Assembly (NCBI GenBank): GCA_904063045.1
Contig: CAJFCJ010000003.1
Location: forward strand, 2,094,504 to 2,158,503
Length of the DNA: 64,000 bases
Reading direction: 5' to 3'
DNA from: Dimorphilus gyrociliatus
Taxonomy: Eukaryota; Animalia; Annelida
The notes under the pieces are model-generated. The model had not been told where the DNA came from. It saw only the letters and a list, made by a program, of their open reading frames with translations, and ran no database searches. A program made the position numbers and the translations under genes. The number at the start of each line of letters is the position of its first letter. Position 1 is the stretch's first letter. Of the stretch, positions 11,326 to 24,442 are shown one piece after another.

Positions 11326-12910
11326 TTACTCTGCAGCTTCTGCATTAATCTTCTCTAAAATATCTTCTGCAGTATAGGTAGTTTTGTGCAAAGTATGAAC
11401 CTTAGTCTTTACTCTTTTAGTGTGGCTGATCGTAACACCCATGATAGATAACCCAGCGTTGGGGCAAATTCCTAATGATGACTTTTTTAGAGGAATATCG
11501 TCAGGTAATCCACAATTGCGCTCGGAAACTAATTTCCTAAGAAAAGCACAAATCCATCCCCCGTGTGATACCAACAAAACATTTCGTGTAGGAGGGTCAG
11601 TTTCTTTTTTGTTTAAGTCGAAAACTGAATTACAAAGCCCATCAAACCAATTAATTGCCCTTTCACCGACCTAAAATAAAGATAACAAGAATTAACGCTT
11701 TATTGATTTAAACAAAATAACCAACGTCTTCAAGAGACTCTCCACCTGGAGGAATAAAATGCTCAAAACTTCGTCTGCCAGCCATCTCTGCAAAAACTGA
11801 ACGATGCATCCCCTCCCAGTCTCCAAAATGCTTTATTAATACAATAATGGATAAATATTCTACCTTATTCCTCGTATATTAAAATATCACGTCCAGCTTA
11901 CCCTCTCTCGTAGAGCTGTATTTTTTTCAATTTGCAAGTCTTTTGATTCACTTTTACTTTTTTCCAAAATAAGCTGACAAGTCTGTGTTAGAAATGAGTT
12001 TGAACTTATCAAAAGAAAGTAATTCCTTGACTTGGAATAATTAAAAAAACCTCAAATGCTCTCGTCAAATCACTTGAATAAGCCTCGTGAAAAGCAGTTG
12101 TGTCAAGATAGGAACCAACACTTTCGGCCTGTTTCCTACCTACATCGGTGAGCTGCGTGTTTTTATGACCTTTTGAGGAGGAATCTAATTATTTTTACAA
12201 GATTTAATGCACTTATCTTGTAAACCTTGTAAGAATCCTTTTCTATTTTCCATCGTCTCTCCACTGCAAGGAAGTAGTCAGCATTTAAATTAAAGTTTTC
12301 TATGCAATCAAATTGGCCATAATTGTTTATTGATTTTTTTTTGAGTGTAAATCTAAATAATTCTTTTTATGGTTCTAAACTGCTGCTTGATAAATGGAAA
12401 AAGATTTAACAAGCATATAGTGGAAATTTATTATTATTTACTTGAGTGCATCACAAAAGTTTATTACACTGAATTGTGACAATTGGTTTGGAGACAATGA
12501 AAAATTCACGAATTTTTATGCTCTTTATATATCATTCATCAGAATATTCATAAAAATTAATTCAAGACATTTCGAAAAATCGGACAAGTTGTTTTAAAAA
12601 AATAATTTTGCAGATATTGATTTCATGCGAATTCTATGAATAGATCTAGAATTTACACCAATGTCTTTATTTACATTTATCAACCCCACTAATCATCTAG
12701 ATTGCGCTTAGAGGAAGATGGAAAGGTCGCTGCACGAAATAAATGAATCGCTCGAAGATTTCATCATTTACTTTTTTTTCACAAAATTCAACACAAATAG
12801 TTATTTTTTTTTACATATTAAGAATTTATTAAAATTTCATCCTTAAAAACTCCAAATAAAAATGGTGCTTACTGACGAACAATATACAGTTGAAATTTTA
12901 CTTCGGTCAT
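11326..12910 (-). CDS. TIGAR: Fructose-2,6-bisphosphatase TIGAR (histidine phosphatase family)
   Basis: Exon 12910-12873 (YIVRH) is followed by exons encoding GETMEN..LQG, HKNTQLTDVGRKQA..YSSDLTRA and ALRER, then 11830-11726 (FGDWEG..PPGGESLED) and 11670-11326 (LLVSHGG..CPNAGLS). The RHG, LRE and SHG catalytic motifs are present. Confidence 0.9.
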
Positions 12911-13197
12911 ATTTTCCCCTAGAATTAATTTTTAGAAAAGTTCAAAGACCTGTAATTAATAAGGTTCTAATATGGATTAGTCCCTTCTTTTTTGGACATG
13001 TTTTTTAAATATAAAAATATGTTTAAACTATATTGCAACAATTTTTTTGTGAAATAAAAGGAACCAGATTTTTTATACGAAAATTCTATTAAGCATCCGG
13101 GAAATTCGTGTATTTATTATGATTTTTATGCGCGATCGTTAGTTTGTAAAATGAAGGGAAGCGAGGACGGACATGGGCGAATCATATAAAAGAAAAG

Positions 13198-16100
13198 ATG
13201 GATAAAAGCAAAATTGGTAAAATCGGCAAAATACGCAACTATGTAAATACAGGAATCGAAAAGCTTCGGCAGAGCGTTACCACTTCCCAACCTAAGTATG
13301 AAGTGGATTTGGAAGAACTTACTCCCGAGCTTTTTCAAGTTCGAAAAGTATGTTATTTTGTATTTCATCTCTTACAGATAATTGTTGTTATTATAGAATG
13401 TAACGTTATCATATGTATCATTGGGCTCTGCAAATTCTTTCGTAGTATTTATAATATCGAAGAACATTTGATAATTTTCAAACGGGCAAACCATTGCAAG
13501 TATAGGTTGTCACCGTAAATAATTGACGATGCTCGTCGGTCGCTTGCAGGCCAAAAACAACTTGGATACGCTTTTTCAAACAATATAGCTTTAGTTGATT
13601 AACACTCGATTTCTATGACGTAATTGATTTATGGTTTGTTCCCAGCTCATCTCGTAAATAATGCAATATAATTTGGAAATATTTTGCAAAATAAAATATA
13701 AAATCTCTACAAAAGCATATACTCCAAGGGCGCGTCGCGCATTTTGTTTAAAAATCAATCAATGATGATGACGTCAGTTCCTGGTGCGGTAGTGTTTGTC
13801 ACGTCTTATTAATTGGAATGCTGTTCGGGTATAATGGTCTTGGATTCATTTTAAAAGAATTGTTTCTCTTTCTAAATGAAAGTATACTTCCTTTCAAAAG
13901 TTGCCATTTGAAATGTCAGTCTGATGGCAGAGGAAAAAAATAAGAGACATTTACGAAGTATTTCAAAAGCATTTTTCTTAATTAGTCACTTAGTGAAATA
14001 TGTTTATCATATTTTTTTTCTCTAGTCGTGTAATTAAAGCTTAGCTAGTTTAGCCTTCTCTTTGAAAGGCAAATAGCGCTAGTCAAGATGTTAAATTTCA
14101 AAGTTAGCCCTTAAAATTAGTCACTAATTCTTAGGGTTTTCTTCGTCTACGTTTTCTTTGAGTGACTAAAAAATTGATGACATTGTTTCGCCTATATTAC
14201 TATAATTTTTTTTTTAAATAAAGATAATCCATTATTTTCATTAATCATTACGTTCTCCTCGAATCATTTATTTATTTCTCTATTTTATTTTATAGACTCT
14301 ACGCCACGGTTTTCCTTACGAACCCACGGCCATTGCCTTCGATCCTGTACAGAATTTATTGGCAATCGGAACGAAGAATGGATCGTTGCGAATGTAAATG
14401 TATAGATTTTAAAAATAACGCAAATTATTATATTGATTTCCTAATCACCAGACTGGGGCGAGCCGAGGTCGATTGTCATGTCAACCACGATGGTTCAGTC
14501 GAAGTACAGCATATAGTCTTCCTCATTAACGAAGGTTCTCTAGTCACCTCCTGCTACGACGAAAAAGAAAAACGTGCCGAATTGCATTTATGGAGTTTAA
14601 AGAAGAAAATACCGTCCATTGTCTACTCACTACAATTCCAAAGAGATCACATAAGCTGTCTTCACATACGCTTCAACACAAATTGGTTGTACGTTGGAAC
14701 GACGAACGGCAATGTTCATTTTGTTGAAGTTGAAAAGTTTTCTTTAAGTTCCTATGTTATACATTGGAATAAAGCGGTAGGCACTCGGTGTAATTCTCAT
14801 CCAGGAATGGTCGTACAAATGGCTGATAATCCTATCGAAGAAAATCAGGTAAATAATAAATAATCATGACAATAAATTACTGTCATTTGAGATATTTTAT
14901 ACCTCATTTTGAGGAAAGTAGCAACAGACGTAAGAGAAGCAACTACTATTTTAACAAAAAAGACTTTATATTATTAGTCACTTGCACAATCAAATTTTAG
15001 AATTGTGAAACACGATCTCCTATAGGTGTTTAATATAGCTGAATTCCTCTTGCTTAGTGATTAATTAAACAGCAGATTTTTAACCTCAAAATTAACTTCC
15101 TGTTACTCAATTATTTATAAATTTTTATTTGTTCCCTTGGGCAGTGACAGATAAAACAATACTCATCAATATCGCTTTGACGACTATTGAATCTGTAATG
15201 GGAATGTAAAACAAAATCAAAATCTCATTACTATTATTATTTATACATTTTCTGTTTTCTAATTAAATTTTTTCTATTTCTGTTACGGTCGTTAGTGAGA
15301 TATTGGGTTTTTTTTAAAAATATATCAGGGCACATTTCCTCTGATGGTATTCCCGAATCAGGTAAACCGTGAACTAAGCTCATTAAGAGTTATTGGGAAA
15401 GGGATAATGACGAAATTGAGCGGCAGCGGTCGTAATAAATCTACCGCAACAGCAGCAAAAATCGATAATGCAATTTTTTTCTTGTTTCATAGCTTCTACT
15501 CGCTTTCGAACAAGGCCACCTAGTCCTATGGAATTTACAGCAGAAAGAAGCTGACGAACGTTTCAACTGCAACGAAGGAATTACTTCAGTTTCTTGGCAC
15601 TATGATGGTAAATCATTCGTGTGTGCCCACTCGACTGGATCTTATTCAGTTTGGAAGTTAAATAAAACTGATGGACCTTTCAGTCGGCATAAGAGTTCCG
15701 ACTCCCGTTGTACCCCAATTCATCGAATACTGCAAACTTTCTGCAAAGCCTCTAACGAACCTTATCTTATATTCAGCGGAGGTGTTCCGATTGATAGAGA
15801 TAGTTCTATGAGAGCTGGAACGGTTACAATCAAGCATGCAAAAAATACTATGAAATTCGAACTAGAAAGTGATGTTGTTGATTTGCTTGTGCTAGATTCC
15901 ACTCCATGGCGTAATGAAGTTTCTGATCCTAAAGCCCTGGCAGTTCTTCTAAACCATGATCTTATTCTTCTAGATTTGGAATCTTCAGAACATGCAAGGT
16001 TTGAATCTCCTTATCCTATGGATTTGGATGAATCGGAAGTAACTTGTTTACAGTATTTAGCTGATTGCACCCCTGATCTTATACCGGCTTTATACAGTGC

Positions 16101-19100
16101 TGGTTCTCGCTCTGGTAATACGAATTCTGGCAAACCTTGGCCGCTACTTGGGGGCGGTTGTGTTAATTCTAATTCGTCACTGGAGGAATTAGTCATAACA
16201 GGTCACGCAGACGGATCATTAAGATTTTGGTCTGCGTCTGCAGGAAGTCTACAGATTCTGTTCAAGTTGAAAACAGTTCGGGTCTTTGAAAGAGCCCCAA
16301 GTACGGCATCTGAATTAGATCCTCTGGCTATTAAGGTTATTCATCTAGATCCCGAATCGAAAATGTTGGTTGTTGGTGGGAAGACTCATGCAACTTTATT
16401 TTCCTTTTCAAAATCGGAAGCAGTTGTGGAAATTGGTTGTGTGGAGGTCGCTATAGTGTACGATGTTAATGATGACCTTGATTCACCAGAAAGTGAGCAT
16501 CCGCCAAATCTTTCGGCGCAAAATAGTCAAAGTTCGGCTGCTTCGGACGGGCCAAGTAGGTCTGACGTGACTACACTGAGGGTTCGATCCAAACCCCGAA
16601 ACTGGCCAGCAGGTTTCCAGCCAGATATAGCTTGCGTCCTATCGGCTGTCGACGGAGAGCCTCCAGGAGCGGTTACATGTGTGGCTTTGAGCGCTGTTTA
16701 TAATCTTATGGGGATTGGTACAGAATACGGATTAGCTTTAATTGATATTACACACCGAACCTGCCTATTGTCAATTGGTACGCCGGATTTGTATGGTTCA
16801 TTGGACCCTTACACCAGAACTCCTAATCCAAAGAGTCCCAAATTAAAATCGGCTGGTCCGTCGTCTTCCTCCCGTTTTCAATTTCAGGATAACCCCAATT
16901 CGTCTTCGAATGCGACTAATGATGATTGCAGAAGTCCTACAAGTGATCAGGTGAGTGTTTTTGTCATGTTTTTAAAGAACCTAGTTAGTCAGTCGGGGAA
17001 TTTAAAAAGTAAAAGTCATGTCGTAATGAGAAAATTGACATTTAAACTGGCAGACGTCAACACCTTATCTACAACATATGGCAACACTCGAATTGCCATC
17101 GTTTGTAAGTGATTTTATACATGTTTGAGTCTTTTACGATAACCTTAATCACTTATACCTCTTCTAAAACAATACTGGATCGTTTTTTAAGATCAGCATG
17201 TTTACATATTCGTTTTTTCAATTTATGTTTTTTTTACGAGTAATCGAATTCTGTAGCGCTGCGTTGTAAAACTTACTGCCTATTGAAATAACTCGATAAT
17301 TAACATACAATAATGCGTTACATTTAAAAGTATCTTTCTTCTTTTTTTTCAATGTCGAGGTGAGATATCTCTTTAATTATTTGGAGTATAAAGGCTTTTT
17401 AAAGAAAAAAGAAAGAACTTTAAAGTAATGAGCTTTAATTATGAAAGAATACTAAAACTAAAACAGTCTAAATAAGTAGTAAGTTTCTACAAATTCCGGT
17501 GCACTTTACCCGTTTTGAGATAACTAAAACTTGAAACTGAGCACGCCACTCTCCTACCACAAAAGATGTTGATGAGTCGAAATCATATAATGTTTTTTTC
17601 TTGCTCATGGAATTTGCAAGATGACTATGTATGAAATTTTTATACACGCCCTGTTTCATAAATAAATCGACATTTATAAGAAACAGGTATACAATTTTAG
17701 AGATTGGATTATTTGCAACAAAAACGACTACAGTTTTTCAAGACAGACAACAGAGTAGATAGGCAAAGAATTAATAAATGGATTTCTAGATACTGTATAT
17801 AATATAATCTATATTCTCTAGCCTAAATTATATAGCTATTTATTTATTTATTTAATTAGTTGGCTGTGGTATAAACAATCGTGTTTATATGGGTATTAAT
17901 AGAAGGGTTATACAAGCCTATTTATGATTATTTACTATATAAATCTATAAATACTACATGAATAAAAATGAAACGAAACCACACAAAACGAACAGCAAAA
18001 GACACATCCAGGAGTCTGTTGTGATGAGAAACCGAAAGCTCCTCCTCGCCTAAAGAAGAAGAAGGCATCTGAGGAGAAAAAGCGACCACCTAATCTTCGT
18101 CTAGATCCCCCGAATCCTTTAGAGGGTATAAAAAGCTCAAATTCGACACCAAGTTTGTCGAGACAAAATTCAGAAGTAGAAGTTGTTCAGAAGCAACCCT
18201 ATACAGCCAATGCAAACCTTTTGGAGCCTAACTTCTTTTTTCCGACATCGTCAAAAAGCGAGGATGAATTGGATAGTAAACCTCGGCAATCTTTTTTATC
18301 TAGTATAACAAAACTCGTAAGGGGAGGTTCTTTAAAAGGGAGTTATAAGTCGGAAAAAGAGGAAACAACATGCGATAAATTTGAAAAGTTCGAAGTGACT
18401 GATTTGAGAGAGGATGAAGATAGTTTGAAACGATCTGGTTCGTAGGTCGGCTTTCTTCTCCAGACAAAACAGCACAGCTTCAATATTTCGCTTTTTCTTA
18501 CTTTCCTAATTTTATCGTTTCATTTAATTTAGTTCGTAATTGTATTTTATGATAGCGCACGCGTTATATGTACTTTTTTCCGCAATTTGTATTTCAAGCA
18601 ATGTTTTTCTGGGTTATTTTTCTCCGAATAGTCCATTAGATAATATAAATTTATTCCAATCGTTCTATTTTTCGGAAGAAAACAATATTTTGAAAACAAT
18701 ACACCCAGTCAAACGTAGCTTGATTAAAAAGCTTTAACGAAAACTCATAATTAACTTTCTTTAATCTATCCGCTGCTTTTGTAAAAAAAAAGGGTACGTT
18801 CTTCGTAAATTTTATCTTGTTTCCTTTTTGCTTAATCGCTTAGAACAACGGCGGCGCGGTTCATATCGGTGTCGGTGGACGATTAGGTGGGAAGAAGATT
18901 TTAGGAGAATTGAAGAGATCCAAAACCAATACGGCGCCGTCTAGTGGAAGTTCGAGTCCGTCAACGACCCCAACTTCAAGGCGTCTTGTTAAAGCATTTT
19001 CGACTACATCTAGCTTGGATGCTATCGATTATTTTCAAACGCCTGGTGCGAAATTTGTTGTTCGAGCTTGTTAATATCCAGCAAAAAATATTTTTACGCA

Positions 19101-22100
19101 CATTTGCAGTCGTGATAATTATAATGTTCAACTGGCACCGCTGTAACCGCGTCGTCCGTTTTTTATAGTATATTTCTGCATGATATTTAGTGCATGCAAT
19201 CTTTTTGTACACACTATGCACTCCCGTTAATTGGAATATTGAACGAGAAGTCAATAACCAGATATTAGATTAGCGCCCCCTGCAAAAAACTGGTTGTTTT
19301 CAACAGCAATGAATCATTTTCTGATGATATTATATTCAATATATTCAAAGTTGGATGATATTTTTTCATTTAAATATCACACTAAATGATTTGCTAGAAT
19401 ATTATAAAAAATTGGGAAACTTTCGTTTCGGATTAAACTTATTTCGTTAGATATAAAAATTTATTCTTTGCAGTAAACACTATTTAATTGAGTTTAAAGA
19501 TATTATAAGAGCCATTATCTAACATAAAACAGTTGTAATTTGATTAAAAGTTTTATTAATCCAATTAACGAGAGTGAAGGTATGAAATTCATTTTATATT
19601 TTTCGATTTCTCATTTTACCGAAACGAACTCCTAATCGAAATGTCCTTTTACCATCTCACTCCGAAAGCTTGGTTTTTGCTTAACCTTCGTCACTCTTTC
19701 CCATCACAATACTATCCTTTAATAATTTCGCTAAAACAGCATTTACTTTTTTAATTATATTTTATTTTATATTGTTTTTGCTTTGAGTTTTGATTTCTAA
19801 TAAAAACATTGTAGGAGGATCGACAGAAGGAGCTATGTTCTCGAGATCTCGGTCGTCTTCCATGTCGTCGACGGATCAAATTGTAACTGCCGAGTCTATT
19901 ACTTGCTTGTCATTGGTTGATTCATACACTAGAAAAACTGATACGAATAGATCAGCTAGTGTTTGGATAGGAACTTCATTGGGTTCGGTTCTGGTCCTTA
20001 CCCTATCACCACCGACAGGTGGGGGAGCTGGGGATGAAGATGTGAGTTTAGACCTAGTTGTACTCTCTCCAAATGAATATTATATTACTTCATTATACTA
20101 AATGAATTATATATCTAAATTAATATTAAAAAAAAAACAGATTACCCTAATGCCATCACCATCCGGCACGATTTTCCGGTTGAAAGGAGCCTTAATCTGC
20201 ATTTCATTTTACGACGTGTTAACAGTACCAGTTTGTAGCAATGACAATTCAGTGGAAAATTCCCAAACGACGCCTCCAGGACCTACTTCAACTACTTCCA
20301 GACAACGAATACAAAGTAAGTGCTTTAGCGGACGTGCGCTAAAGCGAGTTTTGTTTTCTTTTCACCTCACTTTTTTTATATGAATTTGCTGACTGAACCG
20401 TAAAGCCGTTGTTCGGTTTTTTATTACGCACATATTTTATTCCATCCATATATAATGTATTTATACTGTATAAATATATATTACATATAAATTATACTGT
20501 ATATAGACCAAACTATCTGCAGTATACATATATATAAACATATATGTATATATATATATATGTAATATACGTACTTATCTTTCTATCCACTACAGTATAT
20601 ATATAGATATATATGTGTATTAGTATATATATATTAATACATATATATATCTATATATATTGATACATTTATCTATTTATTTTTATATTTATATCTCTCT
20701 ATATATATTTCTACATTCTTACTTACGTGTAATCGTGTGTGCAGTTTATACGTCTTCATTTCCTTTATATTTTCTAGCTTCCGGAATGTGATAGCGGTTA
20801 GAGATGCTGGAGGATGTAAGCTGTTACAGTTTCATCCTTTCACAGCGAACTGACAGCATTATACCGCTACATTTTTTTTATATTTACATATATCTCAAAC
20901 GTTTGCTATCCCTGCTCTCACTTTCTCTGAGGATTGGATACCCAGCTATTTATTTTTCTGCTAGAATTAGAGCACTTTTATTATAGAGATTTTATAATTT
21001 TTTCTCAATTTTTTCAAATTTTTCTTAAGTTGTTGTGCTTGCTACTTCGAGTATCAATTTTTCCATACTACCTGTTGTTACAATGTTATATTTCATATAT
21101 TCAGAATGCCCTTTTTTCTAAATTTTTATACCTTTTTCTTGATCATTCCGTTCGGTTTATTTTACAAACTGAATGGAACGAATTATTTTTAGTTGATTTT
21201 AAAAGATTTTTGAGAATAATAATAATAGGTTTTAGAATGTATGATTAGGGAATTAAAATGAAAAAAAAGTAGTTTTTGATAGCTATTAGGAAATCGAAAG
21301 CTAAGCAGATTAGTATGAGCTGTATTTTAGAGCGTTTTAACCGTATTCTCTAGACTTTCACAACGAACCATTCCCAGTTAAATTCATAGAAAGTAGTTGT
21401 TCTTATTAATAGCCTTTAAAAAGAAATGTTAAATGGACTAACTATTGGAAAAAATATTGATTCCCAGTGTTATGGTTACAATCGTTGTGAAAGTAGAGAA
21501 TAAGCACGTCACTGGCAAAAAATTTAAACTGTAAATTGAATGCAGACCGAAAGCTTTTCTCATGTTACTGTTGCTGCGCGTCAGCCAGAGGTATTTGAAT
21601 CACACAAAAAACCAGACGTTTTAAATTTGTCTCTCTTCGCGCAAACGGGCAAGTTCTCTGATATTACCGTTTCAGCTTGGTGTTTGCCTAAACTAGCAGA
21701 GAATTCTTAGCCGGGTTTCTCTATTCAAAAATTGCTATTTTTGCACCAGAGAAATAGTCAATGAGAATAAAATATAAAGTATAAAAAAAATGATAAAGAA
21801 TAAACAGAGAAAGCGGGACAAGGACGGAAAAAAATATTCCTTTTTCCGTTACAGATGAAGGTAGTGCCAGTTCAAAGTGGCAAAAGGCATTTCAGAATAT
21901 TCGCTCGCAAAATTTACAGGACTTACCAAAAAAAGGTAGATAAGCGTAGAATTGTAGGTTTTTCAAGTATATCTAGGTACTTCTCATAGATAATATATAT
22001 CATATTTTCATTCTTAGAGTCTAAGAGAGAAATCTTCGACCGAAAATATTGAAAATATATTATCTATGTTATACATTTCCAATCTAAACAAAATATGTGA

Positions 22101-22947
22101 CACAGGGCAACAGTCGGTGTCATCATCGCGCGCCAAAATCTCGCCGACAACTTCACAAGAGCAATCGAATGATAAACAACTCGTCATTTTGTGTTCGGAA
22201 AAGCAAGCTCGTGTTGTTTCGCTGCCATCTCATCAGGTGGTTCACAAGGCCAAGTTGACAGATTCGTATGTTGTCGTTAGAGCTAATGTTATTCAAATTA
22301 AAGAGACTTTATGTCTTGTGGCATACGTTTCTAATGGACGAATAATGATTTTGAGTATTCCATCTTTAAGGCCACTTGTGGACTTTGATTACATAACACC
22401 TCAGCTACCTGAGCAATTTGCATCTACATTTTGTTTCTCAACTGGAGGTCATGCTGCTCATATGTGCTCACCAAGCGAGCTGCAAAAAGTAACTTTATGC
22501 AGTCAGTCGGAACAGTTCACAGAATCTTTATGTGATTTGTACGTAAATAAGGAGGCTCCGGTTGAGCGAAAACCAACGTTATGGTCTAGTTTGATTCGTA
22601 AGCCTGTCAAAGTTGATAGGCAAGAACTATGTATGATAATTTTTCATGTTTACTTTACAAAACTATTATTGCCTCTTTATTTTTTTATAGTTGGAAACTG
22701 CAGTAAGTCTACAAGTAGATCGGTAGCACATCTTGTTAAAGGTAATAAACTAAGTGCCGAAAAAGGGAGAGCCGACCAAGCAACGTCTGAAATTCAAAAA
22801 GCAAAGATGGCAGCATTGGAAAGAGGTGAAAAACTGGGTAAATTGGAAGAGAACACGGCTCAGATGATGGATGCCGCACGTAATTACGCCGAAAATGCTC
22901 ATAACTTAGCTAAACAGATGGAAAAACGAAAATGGTATCAATTGTAA
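13198..22947 (+). CDS. STXBP5: Tomosyn / syntaxin-binding protein 5 (WD40 propellers plus C-terminal R-SNARE motif)
   Basis: Core exons 13198-13347, 14296-14393, ~14452-14848, ~15493-16950, 18844-19045, 19815-20041, 20141-20315, 22106-22630 and 22691-22947. Motifs TLRHGFPYEPTAIAFDPVQ, FSRSRSSS, SPSGTIFRLKG, and R-SNARE ERGEKLGKLEENT...KWYQL. Candidate alternative exons are listed under findings. Confidence 0.95.
19271..19284 (-). promoter_or_regulatory. CTCF-like site TGCAGGGGGCGCTA
   Basis: Close match to the CTCF core in otherwise AT-rich intronic DNA. Related sites are listed in findings. Confidence 0.5.
20451..20710. repeat. Imperfect (TA)n-rich microsatellite region in a tomosyn intron
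   Basis: Dense run of tata/atat units visible in the sequence. Confidence 0.8.
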
Positions 22948-24442
22948 ACGCTTTCTCCTGCAGAAGCTCGGAAAAAAGGAATAAATAAAGGGAAAAACTA
23001 AATATTTCGCCATATTTTCTTTTCGACTCATTACAATTCTCTCTTTCTGCAGAGGTTGATTCGAACAATATTTTCCTTTCAAATCAGTATTAATTATTTA
23101 TATATATACATATATATATAAATCGAATCGACCTCGTTCAGCACCTAGTTAGCGCAGACCAAAAACGTGTAAAAAATGTTGTAGTTGTATCTGTGATACA
23201 CTTTTTCTCGACTTTCTACATTCTGAAACTGCTACCATAGTTTATATAGTCGAGTTAAAAAGCGTACGATGTAAAGAATATTCATTTTTTTTACTGTTCG
23301 TGCGGTCTGTACAGTCGGTGAGCACCTTAAGAACATTCGTTTTCCCCGATGTTGTACAGTATGCGTGTTTTTGACAATGATTCATATGAGAAAATATCAT
23401 GCATGTTAAGCAATAGAACTTGAATGCAATATAAAAAAGGGAAATTTTTACTGCTTCTCATTTCCATTACATTTTCAGAACCAAAAAACTGCACCTTTAT
23501 CGCAGTTCTATCCTATCGTAATAACCTTTATTGAACAAATAAATCTTTTCTGTGTTCGTTTACTATTTACTCCTGTTTGCTTATATTTTAGGAATCAATT
23601 CCCAAATCATAGAGTTCGGAATTTATGCAATTTACAATTATCGAAGCTTGTTTGTCTATTCGAAATGTTTGTGACGAGTCGAGCAATTTTCCGTAACAAG
23701 AATGGGAAAGTACTTATTTCCAAAAATATGGCATATCATGGTTTATTTCATATTGTAATTGGTTATTTATATTGCACTAAAAGGAACATTGCAGCAGCAC
23801 TCCTATACTGTATTCCATAATTTCGACACATGTTAGTCCATTATTATTCTACAAACAAACAAAAATATCATTTGTATAAACAATTAATAAAAGTCTCTTA
23901 TTTGGATCAAAATGTGTATCTTTATGCGAATTTGGTTATAAATACAAATAAACACGTTGGAAATTTGAAACATTCTGATATCGTTTAAAGCTTATTCTTT
24001 TTTATCATTACGTATAAGTAACACTTAAAAATAGTTTTTACAAATTCTCGATTGTATTTAAATAATAGAAGCCCGCGTAATTAGATTTAGACCAATCGCC
24101 ATGTTCTCGCCGTGTCCCTAAATATCTCGTGAGATGTAGTAGCCGACGCCATTTTTTAACGGAGGCGATCCTACAACAAAGTTGCTTCATCAATCTAGTT
24201 ATTGTAAACTCTAGCTGAATTTTGCATTACTAAAAAGGATACCAATAAGGTAAAATGATTATTTTAGAAAAAAAGGAGCTCTAAAAATGCTTCACGTAAT
24301 AGAAAATACTTTCTTTATTAATTTGTCATCCCTGAGTATGGTAGCGCCCAAACCAGGCGATTTAATCCTTGTAGTATGGGGGTGTCTACAATTTTAACGG
24401 CAAATAAACTAGTCGAAATGGTTTCTTTCAGGTCACCTAAAA

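Noticed and set aside
15329-15361. 33-nt frame-preserving candidate exon (GTFPLMVFPNQ) in a tomosyn intron
   Set aside because: The acceptor is weak and the insert would fall within a propeller blade. There is not enough support without RNA data.
20804-21248. Hydrophobic F/L/I-rich ORFs in tomosyn introns (also 18540-18737, 32316-32531, 57474-57668, 60569-60850)
   Set aside because: They arise from T-rich or A-rich non-coding sequence, with no motifs and no splice-phase support.
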